Virus record (IMG/VR): IMGVR_UViG_3300035193_000045
Strand: one strand, 5' to 3'
DNA: 64,000 nucleotides
DNA from: a virus
The notes below the pieces were generated by a model. That model worked only from the letters and a program-made list of their open reading frames with translations. It did not search any database and was not told the origin of the DNA. Shown in pieces: positions 1 through 9,240 of the stretch (position 1 is its first letter; the number at the start of each line of letters is the position of its first letter). The position numbers were made by a program, and so were the translations under genes.

Positions 1-1
1 T

Positions 2-448
2 ACCAATAGTTTCAATATCACCATCATCATTTATCGTAACGTTACTATTTTGTATTAGTTTACCAGTAGTAGAATCAAATCTAACTATTGCATTGTCTGT
101 AGAAGAACTTGGTCCATTTACATCTCCTCCTGCAATAACAACTTCACTAAGAATATGCCATGAAAAATCTCCTATTCCCCAAGTATATAATCGGTATTCC
201 TTAAATTCTACATTACCTCCTAATAAATCTAAAGTTACACTAATAAGTAATTCATTAAAAGGTACAATTTCTACCCAATTAATACCATTATCATAATACA
301 AATAATTAAGAGTAAATCCCCCCCCTGAAGTTGTGCATACAAAAATTCGATCAATTGTGCCAGGAGTAGGAGGATTGGTACCGTCTATTTGACCAGTTAT
401 AACTTTATAACGATTATCCTTTATTGCATAAAATTGAGCAATAGGCAT
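2..448 (-). CDS. tail-fibre-like structural protein, N-terminal part (ORF runs off the left edge)
   Basis: ATG at 448 with GGAGGA 5 nt upstream (454-459 rc); open frame down to position 2; absent from the ORF track because it has no stop. Translation ends ...NAIVRFDSTTGKLIQNSNVTINDDGDIETIG, a motif I associate with phage fibre proteins. Confidence 0.5.
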   Translation of the reverse strand, partial: MPIAQFYAIKDNRYKVITGQIDGTNPPTPGTIDRIFVCTTSGGGFTLNYLYYDNGINWVEIVPFNELLISVTLDLLGGNVEFKEYRLYTWGIGDFSWHILSEVVIAGGDVNGPSSSTDNAIVRFDSTTGKLIQNSNVTINDDGDIETIG

Positions 449-485
449 ATAATCCTCCAAGAATTAAAAATAAAAGAACTATGCA

Positions 486-776
486 TTAATTTAAACGTAT
501 AGAAGCCACTAATGCCACATCAGAATCGCCACCACTACCTTTTATCCAAATCTTATTAATTTCTAAAGGGGCTTCAAAAGGAGTTGCGGTAGCCACAGTA
601 ATAAAATTAGTTCCAGAAGTAAAATCTTCTTCACTAAAATAAAGCAAACAAGGATTCGTAGCAGCAGTAACCCTTAACCACTTAGAATACCCTCGAAAAT
701 CATGTATTCTACCAGTTGTAGTAATTGTATCATTAAATATATGAGGCTTACCACTTCTTGTATACAGTAAACTCAT
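486..776 (-). CDS. hypothetical protein (structural-module neighbour)
   Basis: 96 aa ORF abutting the upstream gene at 776; no motif recognised; lies between the fibre-like and capsid genes. Confidence 0.55.
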   Translation of the reverse strand: MSLLYTRSGKPHIFNDTITTTGRIHDFRGYSKWLRVTAATNPCLLYFSEEDFTSGTNFITVATATPFEAPLEINKIWIKGSGGDSDVALVASIRLN

Positions 777-1096
777 TAACTAACCTTTTGTCCTGCAATT
801 TGACCAATAATGACAATGTCCAATACATCATCTACATCAGGCCCAGTAATTACAAAACCAGTAGTAGTTTTAGTTCCCACAGTAGAAGGATCAGCTATAT
901 CAGTTTGATTCTGAACAAGAACTTGATAGTTAGCTGAAGCCATATTAGCCAATCCTTGAGAAGCAAATACAATTGCGCCACCACTAACCATAGTATAAGT
1001 TAATCCCTGTACACCTACACCAGGTTTACCAGCAGCGCAAACATTATCAATACCATGTTTTGCAAAAACTGGATCGTAATCTTTAAATTTTTCCAT
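776..1096 (-). CDS. hypothetical protein, possible head accessory/decoration protein
   Basis: 106 aa, Gly/Thr/Val-rich; position just downstream of the capsid gene cluster is the only functional hint. Confidence 0.5.
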   Translation of the reverse strand: MEKFKDYDPVFAKHGIDNVCAAGKPGVGVQGLTYTMVSGGAIVFASQGLANMASANYQVLVQNQTDIADPSTVGTKTTTGFVITGPDVDDVLDIVIIGQIAGQKVS

Positions 1097-1101
1097 AATA
1101 T

Positions 1102-1422
1102 TTATTCTCCTAATGGCAATTGTTGAACTAACTGTATTAGCTCAGCTTTTTTAGCTTTTGGATCAAATTCAATGTTTTTATAATTAAGCAAAGCTATTAT
1201 TTCATCTTTATGCATTTTAGAGTAATCAATTAATGATTGATCATCTATGACAATAGGTTTACGTTCAAAAACCTTTATCCATACATCATTTTGGAGTAAA
1301 TAAGATATGGCTATACTGTCATCTATCTCTATTTCTCCTTCATTGTTTAAACTGTACGTTTTACCATTTACGCCTACTTTTGCATTTCGCATATGTACTA
1401 ATCTATTTTTCAACTTAACCAT
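1102..1422 (-). CDS. hypothetical protein with C-terminal HeH/SAP-like motif
   Basis: AAGGAGGA 4 nt upstream of the ATG at 1422; C-terminal KMHKDEIIALLNYKNIEFDPKAKKAELIQLVQQL resembles a helix-extension-helix (Rho-N/SAP-like) motif. Confidence 0.55.
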   Translation of the reverse strand: MVKLKNRLVHMRNAKVGVNGKTYSLNNEGEIEIDDSIAISYLLQNDVWIKVFERKPIVIDDQSLIDYSKMHKDEIIALLNYKNIEFDPKAKKAELIQLVQQLPLGE

Positions 1423-1453
1423 ATTGTCCTCCTTATTACATATAAATAATAAT

Positions 1454-1472
1454 GGGAATCCCCCTAATTCCC
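1454..1472. terminator. hairpin terminator candidate after the capsid gene
   Basis: GGGAAT-N7-ATTCCC stem; T-rich tract at 1473-1488 on plus and AU-rich tract on minus; 30 nt downstream of the capsid stop (1504). Confidence 0.45.
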
Positions 1473-1503
1473 TTTATTATTTTTTTTCAATGATCAAAAT
1501 CTA

Positions 1504-2928
1504 TTAATAATTATTCTTACCTACATTTTTAAATAAGAAATTCTTATTAGGAGCATAAAGCACAGGAACTCCATAAAGCACTTGGCACCATCGAACCGCT
1601 GTAGCAATAGTTGCTAACGGAATTTTAACCATTGGAGCTAATTGCTTGAAAGAAAGGCTCTCTATATTCTGCTGTAATAACAACGCATTTGTAGTGTCCG
1701 GCAAACTAGTATTACTATCAGTAATTGTCTGCTGTCCAGTACCTTGCGAATTAGCAACCCTTAAGATAAGTTTTTGCGTTCCAGAAGCACCGTTCTTTTT
1801 CGTTCGGTAAACTTCATACCACTCCGTAGCGCCCGCCCCCCCCGTAGTACTAGGGGTAACAGGAATAGGTACATGCTGTGTGGCCGCTATAGAGACCGCA
1901 GTAGGTGATCCATACGCAACCGAAATAGACCGACCATATCTATTACACGCAACCACAGAATAATAATAATCCCCGGCATCATCTGCCGTAAATAACGGCG
2001 CATCTGTTCCAGTAGGAGTAATAGTAGCAATTGCAGGAGTACCAGGAATTTTTGTGGCGTCTCCAATAGCAGCAGCATTTGGTGTCGAGGTATTACCAGT
2101 AAGAAAAGTATTACTTACAAATTGAACGACGCCTGATTCGGAAGTAAACCCAGTAATGTTATTGCCGATAATACCACTATTATCGGTAAAAGTATTATGG
2201 CGCTCTTTTGGGAAAAATGTCTTAGTTAATTCTGACTTAGTCTTATGATTTAAATGGAGATGAGTAGGGAACCCATAAGAAGTCCTGACAGTAGACACTG
2301 CCTCAGATAAAATATCCTCAGTAAGAGGGGCACCTCTTAAATCTAATACGTGATCAGAATCTGCATTGTCCGTAATTAGCTTATTGAAACCATCAAATTG
2401 AACAGCAGATAAAGAAGAATCAGCGTAATAAAGAGACTTTTCCAAAATACGAAGTAAATGCATCGTTCCATGAACTGTTTCATTGGCAATAACATTACCA
2501 TGAGCAGGCCGAACAAGACTCATTACATGAGTCACTGATCGAGTAGTACCCAAAAACTTTACCACTGCGTACTTTCGCGCATAAGTAGAATCATCACTTT
2601 CAGGAAGAGCACCTTCTGAAATAAACCCAGAATCCTCATTGGATCCATAACTCGAAATCTGATTGTGCTCCTCAACGGTATTGTATGCAGGGATTTTAGG
2701 AATAGCTTTCCAAAAAACAATTTCCTTTGCTGTATAGGTAACCGTTTTTAGGGTATTCTCTAAAGACTCAACTCGTAAAGGAAAGCCTTCTCCAGCGGCA
2801 ACAGTAGGAGCCGCAATATCTTGTCCAGCAGTTAAAGCCTTATTTAATTCATCTACTTCTTGTTGCTGAACACTTCCATATCCGTCAATACCATCATAAT
2901 CCGAAAAACTAACCATGTTCTCTAACAT
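1504..2928 (-). CDS. major capsid protein (HK97-fold type)
   Basis: 474 aa; directly follows protease and scaffold genes in canonical order; AAGGAG upstream; overall sequence feel of HK97-like coat proteins. Assignment is by synteny plus resemblance, with no search run. Confidence 0.75.
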   Translation of the reverse strand: MLENMVSFSDYDGIDGYGSVQQQEVDELNKALTAGQDIAAPTVAAGEGFPLRVESLENTLKTVTYTAKEIVFWKAIPKIPAYNTVEEHNQISSYGSNEDSGFISEGALPESDDSTYARKYAVVKFLGTTRSVTHVMSLVRPAHGNVIANETVHGTMHLLRILEKSLYYADSSLSAVQFDGFNKLITDNADSDHVLDLRGAPLTEDILSEAVSTVRTSYGFPTHLHLNHKTKSELTKTFFPKERHNTFTDNSGIIGNNITGFTSESGVVQFVSNTFLTGNTSTPNAAAIGDATKIPGTPAIATITPTGTDAPLFTADDAGDYYYSVVACNRYGRSISVAYGSPTAVSIAATQHVPIPVTPSTTGGAGATEWYEVYRTKKNGASGTQKLILRVANSQGTGQQTITDSNTSLPDTTNALLLQQNIESLSFKQLAPMVKIPLATIATAVRWCQVLYGVPVLYAPNKNFLFKNVGKNNY

Positions 2929-2949
2929 TTTTAACTCCTTTTAAAGCCC

Positions 2950-2988
2950 AATGAGGGCACAATTATATATAAGCTTTCTGCCCTCATT
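2950..2988 (-). promoter_or_regulatory. 10-bp-stem hairpin between scaffold and capsid genes
   Basis: AATGAGGGCA (2950-2959) / TGCCCTCATT (2979-2988), 19-nt loop, in the 61-nt scaffold-capsid gap; no clear U-run, so an attenuator or RNA-stability element is more likely than a full terminator. Confidence 0.35.
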
Positions 2989-2989
2989 A

Positions 2990-3811
2990 TTAAGCAGTAG
3001 CTCCTTGCCTAGCCTTTAAAGCACTAACTACTTGATTAGGTAATTGATTGCTACTTTCCAGTAAAGCAACCGCATGATTTACGCTAACTCCCCCAATATT
3101 ATCAACTCCTTGCTCTGCAAGATTAAGTAATTGCCCCATCATCTCAGACTTCTTTAACGTTTGCCCTTCGTTCTTTTGTCCAATAAAAGCCTTATTTAAA
3201 GGTTGAACCGATGTAGGCTTTCTAATAGGGGCCTCGCTATAATTGTCCATAGATTTTTTTAACTCAGAAATAACGCTCATTGCATCTTTTAACCCAGTAG
3301 CAACAGAAACCATACTTTTCGCAAGGGTAATATTAAACGTATGCTGGCGCATAGCATTGCTATTTAATTCCCCTTCTAACGTACTAAGCGATTTGACCAA
3401 TCCACTATGTAATTCTGTTAAATAATCAGAAACATCTAATGATTTTTGAATAGTATCAGATTCTAAGGAATTAAGGACAGAATCTGAAAAATCATCAACT
3501 CCTTCCGTATTCGCATTCTCAGAACCACTTAAAGATTTAAATAATTCATTCATCTCTTCAGAAGAAAGATCATCCGTCATTGCTTTCTTAAGTAAAACAT
3601 CTTTTCGAGAATTTGGATCAGACGTATTAACATAATCAGTTAATACATTGATAGCTTTACTAAGATCATCCTCTGTTAAATCCTGTGATTTCTTAGTACC
3701 ACAAGCTTTCTCCTCATCTTCCATTTGAGAATCTTCATTCTCTCCCATTTCATCCATCTGATCCTTCTTGTTCTTCATCTCGTCATCATTTTGCATCGGC
3801 TGTCGTTTCAT
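2990..3811 (-). CDS. capsid scaffolding protein
   Basis: 273 aa, highly acidic and helical-looking, low complexity (MNDDEMKNKKDQMDEMGENEDSQMEDEE...); sits between prohead protease and capsid genes. Confidence 0.65.
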   Translation of the reverse strand: MKRQPMQNDDEMKNKKDQMDEMGENEDSQMEDEEKACGTKKSQDLTEDDLSKAINVLTDYVNTSDPNSRKDVLLKKAMTDDLSSEEMNELFKSLSGSENANTEGVDDFSDSVLNSLESDTIQKSLDVSDYLTELHSGLVKSLSTLEGELNSNAMRQHTFNITLAKSMVSVATGLKDAMSVISELKKSMDNYSEAPIRKPTSVQPLNKAFIGQKNEGQTLKKSEMMGQLLNLAEQGVDNIGGVSVNHAVALLESSNQLPNQVVSALKARQGATA

Positions 3812-3827
3812 AACTAACTCCTTTTAA

Positions 3828-4619
3828 TTAATGCAATTTATTTTGCAATTTTAAATCTCGAGCCAACGAGATTATTCTCCCTTTTAATTCAGGAGATATA
3901 TTAGGTAAATGATTAGATAGCCAATCAAATGCTTGACTATCCGTTAAACCCTTTTTTAAATTCTTTTTCTTTTTCTTTTCTAAAGATTCCTGAACAAGAA
4001 CCTGTCCGGCACTTTCCCCAGTTCTATCTCCGTCAACAGAATTACCTGGAATAGGGCTACCCATAGAAAGGGCTTTTGCTAATATATTCAATTGAGTATC
4101 TGTATTAACAGGGGCTTTTGTAATTGCTACTTCTCTAACAATTGCCTTTGTAACAGTAGACTTATTTAATGGATCTCTTCGTTGAATTTTCCCTTCAACC
4201 GAAAAACCCAATCTACGAGGGGTCTTATTTAAAGCGCATGCAAGGTTCCACAATTCATCAGCAGGTGGATAACCTTCAAGCAAATACCCCTCAGCCCAAT
4301 GACAATCTGCTTTTGCAATTTTTCCATCAGGCAATACATCGCCTTTTCGAAAACGCTCGGTTAACTCAGGGTACCCTACTAGATTACATGTATGACTCAC
4401 TTTAGGATTAGAATGATTATCATTAAACCATCCATATTTTACAAATTCAGAAAAGTCTAAACCATTTTGAATAAGAGTTTCTTCTTGTCTATCTGGAGTT
4501 TCTGTAGAAACAACTCCACCTATTCGGCGTTGTTGTCCTTCTGGAGCTGATGCTTTTGTAAAAAAAGAAGCTTCCCCAACAGAAAGTCTAAAATCATTTG
4601 TAGGAATTTCTTGAGGCAT
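3828..4619 (-). CDS. prohead maturation protease (HK97/S78-U35 type)
   Basis: RRIGGVVSTETPDRQEETL...GWFNDNH...GFSVEGK...EVAITKAPVN follows the order of His/Ser motifs in prohead serine proteases; located upstream of scaffold and capsid. Confidence 0.8.
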   Translation of the reverse strand: MPQEIPTNDFRLSVGEASFFTKASAPEGQQRRIGGVVSTETPDRQEETLIQNGLDFSEFVKYGWFNDNHSNPKVSHTCNLVGYPELTERFRKGDVLPDGKIAKADCHWAEGYLLEGYPPADELWNLACALNKTPRRLGFSVEGKIQRRDPLNKSTVTKAIVREVAITKAPVNTDTQLNILAKALSMGSPIPGNSVDGDRTGESAGQVLVQESLEKKKKKNLKKGLTDSQAFDWLSNHLPNISPELKGRIISLARDLKLQNKLH

Positions 4620-4692
4620 TTAGCACCTTTATATGCTATTTGCCCCAATCGTGCTTTTCGCACAGGTAGGCTTATCGCGCTATCTACGTAAG

Positions 4693-4720
4693 AATGTAAT
4701 TAAATTTGAAATTTTGTCAA
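4693..4720 (-). promoter_or_regulatory. sigma70-like promoter candidate for the protease-scaffold-capsid unit
   Basis: Minus strand reads TTGACA (4720-4715), 16 nt, TACATT (4698-4693), about 70 nt upstream of the protease ATG. Confidence 0.45.
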
Positions 4721-4740
4721 TAGAATTTATGTATTACGGA

Positions 4741-4770
4741 TAAGTTATACCTTAATTAAGGTATAACTTA
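4741..4770. promoter_or_regulatory. perfect 30-bp palindrome (ATACCTT/AAGGTAT motif family)
   Basis: TAAGTTATACCTTAATTAAGGTATAACTTA is its own reverse complement; lies just upstream of the -35 candidate of the protease promoter. Confidence 0.6.
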
Positions 4771-4817
4771 CTAATAATAAAAGAAAAACTAAAAAGAATA
4801 TTAGATATTTATAAGGT

Positions 4818-5270
4818 CTACTTATTCCAATGCATTCCGTTATCAATAGCATATGCGCAAAATTCTAAGTCCTCAGCAACTCCTTCCCAAACAGATGCCC
4901 CTTCTATTTCACCGTCTTTTCTCTCTATACGAGCATTTTTTCTATAATCTTTTGCTCGTTTTCGTAAATAATCCCCTATTTTATACCATTCAGAATGAAT
5001 TAAGCCAATAGAAGCATGTGAAATAGCTTCTGTTAAGGCTATTTTATTTTCAATAATTTTCTTAATCAAGAACACTAATTCTAACCAAATTTCTGAATTC
5101 ACTGAAGCATTTTCTAATGCTTTTTGCAAATTAGGTAATTGATCTAGCTTTGCATACTGCTGAATAGCAATTGCTTCAGCAATAAACCTCTTATCGTGTA
5201 TTTCTGGATTAACCGTATATTTACAATAGACACAGTCACAGCTATCTGTTTTTATCGCTACTCTTTTCAC
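4818..5270 (-). CDS. hypothetical protein (N-terminal KRVAIK tag)
   Basis: GTG start with AAGGAGAG 5 nt upstream; begins MKRVAIKTDSCDCVYCKY; no other motif recognised. Confidence 0.6.
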   Translation of the reverse strand: MKRVAIKTDSCDCVYCKYTVNPEIHDKRFIAEAIAIQQYAKLDQLPNLQKALENASVNSEIWLELVFLIKKIIENKIALTEAISHASIGLIHSEWYKIGDYLRKRAKDYRKNARIERKDGEIEGASVWEGVAEDLEFCAYAIDNGMHWNK

Positions 5271-5583
5271 GTAATCTCTCCTTTTTTGCTTTTATCAATT
5301 GATCCCACGTATACCACCACTCATTTAATCTTTTCATTTCTTTTCTATATAAATACTTAGCTAACCGGCATATTCTATCACATTTTTCTTTTCTATTTTG
5401 TATTTGTTTTAATCTCTTATAAACCGGTAAGTCATTAATAGACTCATAATCTTTTACTGTAATATAGGATTCTTCGTAAACCTTACCAGTATAATCGTAT
5501 AACTTATACGTTATATATTGGTAAATTACAAATGGCGTACAAGTAACAGCTATTAGAAATATATAAAATAATTTAGACATCAA
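5242..5583 (-). CDS. single-pass membrane protein downstream of the sigma factor
   Basis: N-terminal hydrophobic helix LFYIFLIAVTCTPFVIYQYI; overlaps the sigma gene stop by 11 nt, suggesting co-translation. Confidence 0.55.
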   Translation of the reverse strand: MMSKLFYIFLIAVTCTPFVIYQYITYKLYDYTGKVYEESYITVKDYESINDLPVYKRLKQIQNRKEKCDRICRLAKYLYRKEMKRLNEWWYTWDQLIKAKKERLREKSSDKNR

Positions 5584-6358
5584 ATTCCTCCATAAAGTGT
5601 TTCATTTTTCTTAATGCCAATTTTTCTTTTTGACGAATCCACTCTCGTGTATACGTTTTTCCAGTTATCTCACTCCATAAATTTCTGATATCCTCTAAGG
5701 TATATTCTTCTAAGTATCTTTTTTCAATTATAAAACGTTCGAAGTGCGGTAATTTATATAAACACTTATTTAATTCAACTGATCTTTTTTTCACTAATTT
5801 ATCTTCGGCTGATTCCTGTGGAACCATTATACTTTCTAATAGAATTTCATTACCATAATCCGAAAAACATTGATCTAATTCCCCTGTTTTATTAATCAAT
5901 GATTTTTTAAACATTAATATATTATTGTAAACAATAGTAATATCTTTAGAAGTTATGGGCATATTTGTGTTTAAATCTTCTAAAGCATTAATAATGTTGT
6001 CTAATTCCGGATTTTCTCCATGTAAATTGTAATATTTACTCCAAAATTGAATAATTTTATTTCGAAGAATATTTTTTTTATTTGGCCATTTTAAAAAAGT
6101 AAATTTGGCCTGAGAACGAGTGATACTCGCTTTTATCCAATAATACGCCCAAGTAGAAAAAGCTACGTTTTTACTAGGATCAAAAGTTTTAGCAGCCAAA
6201 AATAATCCTAGTTTACCATCTTGCAAAACGTCTTCTTTCTCCAATTCTTCTGAAAAATAAGAATGCTTTTTAACGTAATGATATACTAATTTGATATTTG
6301 CATCAAATAATTCTTGGTACGAAGGGTTTAAATGTTTATCATCTAATGATAATTCCAT
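5573..6358 (-). CDS. sigma-70 family RNA polymerase sigma factor
   Basis: Region 2-like DGKLGLFLAAKTFDPSKNVAFSTWAYYWIKASITRS and region 4 HTH-like YTLEDIRNLWSEITGKTYTREWIRQKEKLALRKMK; GGAGG 6 nt upstream. Confidence 0.8.
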   Translation of the reverse strand: MELSLDDKHLNPSYQELFDANIKLVYHYVKKHSYFSEELEKEDVLQDGKLGLFLAAKTFDPSKNVAFSTWAYYWIKASITRSQAKFTFLKWPNKKNILRNKIIQFWSKYYNLHGENPELDNIINALEDLNTNMPITSKDITIVYNNILMFKKSLINKTGELDQCFSDYGNEILLESIMVPQESAEDKLVKKRSVELNKCLYKLPHFERFIIEKRYLEEYTLEDIRNLWSEITGKTYTREWIRQKEKLALRKMKHFMEEFDV

Positions 6359-6734
6359 TTATAGCCTCCATTAATTTTGATATATCATCACTTTTATCAA
6401 TAACCGGACAATATATCCCCATTTCATGATATTTATTATCTAAAACTCGTTTTGCTAATAAGGCATCTCCTGTATATACAATAACTGAAATACCAAATCT
6501 AAATTGAGCACATTCAACAATGTTCATTCCGAAATCTTTTTCCGGACAATCCCAATCTGTTATTACCAAACTATATTTGTCATGATACCTTTCTAAATTT
6601 GAAATGCCCATGCGAGCATTCAAAACATAAGACACTTTTACATCGTTATCCTGAAAATAAAAATCTATACAACGTTTAAGCATTTTACAAATTAATGGAT
6701 CATCATCCACTATTAAGATCCTTTTCTCATCCAT
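6339..6734 (-). CDS. stand-alone response-regulator receiver (REC, CheY-like) protein
   Basis: ILIVDDD acidic pocket, LVITDWDCP phospho-acceptor Asp context, VIVYTG and IDKS motifs. Start refined to MDEKR (ATG 6734, GGAGG 6 nt upstream); the track ORF extends to 6782. The 3' end overlaps the sigma gene by 20 nt. Confidence 0.75.
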   Translation of the reverse strand: MDEKRILIVDDDPLICKMLKRCIDFYFQDNDVKVSYVLNARMGISNLERYHDKYSLVITDWDCPEKDFGMNIVECAQFRFGISVIVYTGDALLAKRVLDNKYHEMGIYCPVIDKSDDISKLMEAINGIIIR

Positions 6735-6747
6735 GAAAACCTCCTTC

Positions 6748-6960
6748 CTATTCCTTTTCCATTTTCGCGTAAATGATGTCAACTACCTTTACCAAATCCT
6801 TTATTTTACGCGGATAAAGAACTTGTATTCGCTCGTAAAGAAGTAGATCACCCGACGTCTCGTACATCAATTCCCACTTCGTTTGTTGCTCTTCTGGCAA
6901 TTGCGTAATTTGCCATTTTATATCAAAATAAGGATCTTTAATCGCCACTCGTTTCATCAC
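6748..6960 (-). CDS. hypothetical protein (N-terminal KRVAIK tag)
   Basis: Begins (M)MKRVAIKDPYFD; AAGGAGG upstream; no other motif. Confidence 0.55.
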   Translation of the reverse strand: MMKRVAIKDPYFDIKWQITQLPEEQQTKWELMYETSGDLLLYERIQVLYPRKIKDLVKVVDIIYAKMEKE

Positions 6961-6966
6961 TCCTCC

Positions 6967-7224
6967 TTACTCTTCATCGTCGTAAATTTCTGCATTTAAA
7001 TTTTGTGCTATTTCACATAATAGAAGCGCCTTTTTAATGGCTTTAATTTTATTTTCTTGATTATGTAACATTCCTTTCAATGTTTCGATCCATAAAGCGT
7101 CCCCGCTAATTGATATAGCAGGAGAACCATCAACTAAATATACTAACTTCAATCTATTTTCTTCTACAGTCAGTAACTCTATACAAATAGTTTCCATTAA
7201 TTCGTTATCAAATTTTACCGGCAT
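6967..7224 (-). CDS. hypothetical protein
   Basis: 85 aa, first gene after the 7225-7479 intergenic region; AAGGAGG 6 nt upstream of the ATG at 7224. Confidence 0.6.
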   Translation of the reverse strand: MPVKFDNELMETICIELLTVEENRLKLVYLVDGSPAISISGDALWIETLKGMLHNQENKIKAIKKALLLCEIAQNLNAEIYDDEE

Positions 7225-7283
7225 TTTGACCTCCTTATTATATGCCCTACCACAAAAATTTAGAAAAGCAAAGAAAAAAACAA

Positions 7284-7307
7284 AGGTATTAAGGTATTTA
7301 AATACCT
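7284..7307. promoter_or_regulatory. AGGTATTAAGGTATTTAAATACCT operator-like motif
   Basis: Contains the perfect 16-bp palindrome AGGTATTTAAATACCT (7292-7307). The first 13 nt are identical to 29805-29817. Confidence 0.55.
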
Positions 7308-7479
7308 ATATAGCGCATTACTTTTATATTCCCCCATAAAATCTATAATAGACACGTGACCAGAAGTCATAGCTCTAATTAAATTGTCATTTATTGTATG
7401 AATGGTACGGAATGTTTTCAATTTTTAGAATGTGCCTTCGTCTATTAAATATATACGAATATTTTCTTTATTTTATATC

Positions 7480-7659
7480 TTAACTTACATTATTCCTCCT
7501 ACATCTACCAGGTTTAGGGTTTTTATTTCCAGAAATTTGTATTTGTTTTTTGCAAAAAATGCAAATCCAATAATCTACGCAATAGGGCTTATTAAAATCT
7601 CCAAAATAATATCGTTCTCCGTGACCACACCACTTCCAAATATGGGGTAATGCTTTCAT
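7480..7659 (-). CDS. small Cys-rich protein (59 aa, not in the ORF track)
   Basis: Hand translation: MKALPHIWKWCGHGERYYFGDFNKPYCVDYWICIFCKKQIQISGNKNPKPGRCRRNNVS. ATG lies 2 nt after the upstream stop; no clear SD. Preferred over the antisense plus-strand ORF 7432-7650. Confidence 0.35.
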   Translation of the reverse strand: MKALPHIWKWCGHGERYYFGDFNKPYCVDYWICIFCKKQIQISGNKNPKPGRCRRNNVS

Positions 7660-7661
7660 AA

Positions 7662-7868
7662 TTATTTTTTATTTTTCCTTTCCAATTCTATAATCGCTAA
7701 ATGTTCCATTACTGCATCATCACAAGATTCCCCATATATCTTAAACCAATTTTTTAATTGTCGATCTGTAGCTAATCCAGGTTTCCCATACCACGCATTA
7801 ACCGCTCTACGATACCTATTAGATATAGTAACTGTATAACTAATGTTTATTTTAGTCTCAATGCCCAT
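7662..7868 (-). CDS. hypothetical protein
   Basis: 68 aa ORF tiling with co-oriented neighbours; no motif recognised. Confidence 0.55.
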   Translation of the reverse strand: MGIETKINISYTVTISNRYRRAVNAWYGKPGLATDRQLKNWFKIYGESCDDAVMEHLAIIELERKNKK

Positions 7869-7879
7869 TAATTAATCTC

Positions 7880-8224
7880 CTACTTGTAATTATCCATCAA
7901 TAATTTGCGAGCATCTTTCACCGTCTCACATTTTTCTATTTGGTCAGCCAATTTGGCCCTGTCAGTAATTATTTGAACAAAATGATGTGGCCTAGATGCA
8001 TACAAAGATTCAAGAGAAATTACTTCTTGCATCGTGTACAATCGAAGCACTTGGGCAATAGCAAAAGGATCATCTTGCGTAATAATTGTATAAGGAACTT
8101 GGACTTTGTATTGGTACATACTGGCTTTCGTTTTAGCGCGTTGAAACGCCAAAACCCGCGCACTATTATCAACTTTGCCCTGTATTTCTTTGATTTTTTC
8201 TTCCAATGTCATTCTTTTCTTCAC
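7880..8224 (-). CDS. hypothetical protein
   Basis: 114 aa ORF tiling with neighbours; no motif recognised. Confidence 0.55.
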   Translation of the reverse strand: MKKRMTLEEKIKEIQGKVDNSARVLAFQRAKTKASMYQYKVQVPYTIITQDDPFAIAQVLRLYTMQEVISLESLYASRPHHFVQIITDRAKLADQIEKCETVKDARKLLMDNYK

Positions 8225-8244
8225 CTGATTCCCCCTTCTTCTTA

Positions 8245-8568
8245 CTACACCTCACTCGTTAGCCAGGTGTCGAAATCTTTTTGATACATCGTTCTGTAAT
8301 CTATTGGCACATTGTACTTAACCCCAAACACGTGCCATTTAGCTTGAATCCAAAGTATAAAGCCACACATCTTACCGCCTGGCCATTTCATACTATCTTC
8401 TTCTAGTTGTCTGCCAGGGTTCCCCTCATTCCCATGAGCCTTACAATAGAGTAAATACCTACTACTATATTCATTACCTATTGCTATTCTTTGCATTATT
8501 ATTCTCTGCCTTTCGACTGTCATCACCCACCACGAAGTGACGGAAGAGTAGAGGTCAATGTCATTCAT
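8245..8568 (-). CDS. hypothetical protein (GC-rich island)
   Basis: 107 aa; 8-nt overlap with the upstream gene; composition visibly GC-richer than the phage background. Confidence 0.55.
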   Translation of the reverse strand: MNDIDLYSSVTSWWVMTVERQRIIMQRIAIGNEYSSRYLLYCKAHGNEGNPGRQLEEDSMKWPGGKMCGFILWIQAKWHVFGVKYNVPIDYRTMYQKDFDTWLTSEV

Positions 8569-9166
8569 GGATCATAGTCCGCGTATGCTTCTTCAGCTTA
8601 ATTGGACCAATATAGCTGGGAGGCCCAGGCCTATATGAAATCTGCGTCCAACCCGAATCGTAATCACTGCCAGGCCAATCAGTGACTACTAGATTGTGGT
8701 TACTTTCCATCTCTACCTCGTACACGTCATCGTGCTTTTTGCACGTTCCTCCCGACCGTAGAATCTCTTCCACGGCTTTAGGATCAACCTGCTCGGCCCC
8801 CCATCTCCGATGGCGCTTCCATCGCGCCACAGTTTCTTCGGGGGCTTCAAGCCATTTTCTGACCCAATCCGCCACTGTGTTGTTTTGGCGGACTGCCACA
8901 GATAACAGGTAGTCCCCCCACTCGTATAGTTCCCTCGGGTGTTTGGCGTATTCGCCTGCACCACAGACTATTCCATCCTCGTACAGAATAAGCCCTCCGA
9001 GGTTTTTACCTTCCGTCACTACATCTACCCATATGGACGCGATACCGCAACCTTCTATCCACATGGACGCATATCCATTGCAATTATGGTCTACGTCAAA
9101 AGTTAAAAATTTCCTTTTCCAATCCGGGATTCCTCCGAAGCCATATGGTTCCATATTCATCTTCAT
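8561..9166 (-). CDS. hypothetical protein (GC-rich island)
   Basis: 201 aa, Trp-rich. Hand count gives 36/60 G+C at 8761-8820 versus 10/60 at 35041-35100. Confidence 0.6.
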   Translation of the reverse strand: MKMNMEPYGFGGIPDWKRKFLTFDVDHNCNGYASMWIEGCGIASIWVDVVTEGKNLGGLILYEDGIVCGAGEYAKHPRELYEWGDYLLSVAVRQNNTVADWVRKWLEAPEETVARWKRHRRWGAEQVDPKAVEEILRSGGTCKKHDDVYEVEMESNHNLVVTDWPGSDYDSGWTQISYRPGPPSYIGPIKLKKHTRTMIHE

Positions 9167-9240
9167 CTCTCCTTTTTGTACGAGCTTTTGTACTCGATCC
9201 TACACACAAATAATTTTGTGTGTAGTACCGAAAACAAAAA

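Noticed and set aside
4620-4740. GG/GC dinucleotides upstream of the protease gene and in the 7225-7330 gap checked as further sigma54-type promoters
   Set aside because: The GG-N10-GC spacing does not fit at either place. A sigma70-like TTGACA-16-TACATT is the better reading at 4693-4720.
7225-7479. Searched the larger intergenic gaps (4620-4817, 7225-7479, 10364-10763, 28389-28622, 29857-30274, 47799-48025) for tRNA or tmRNA
   Set aside because: I could not fold any cloverleaf (no acceptor/T-arm pairing, no GTTC-type T-loop) by eye. A proper tRNAscan/ARAGORN run is still needed.
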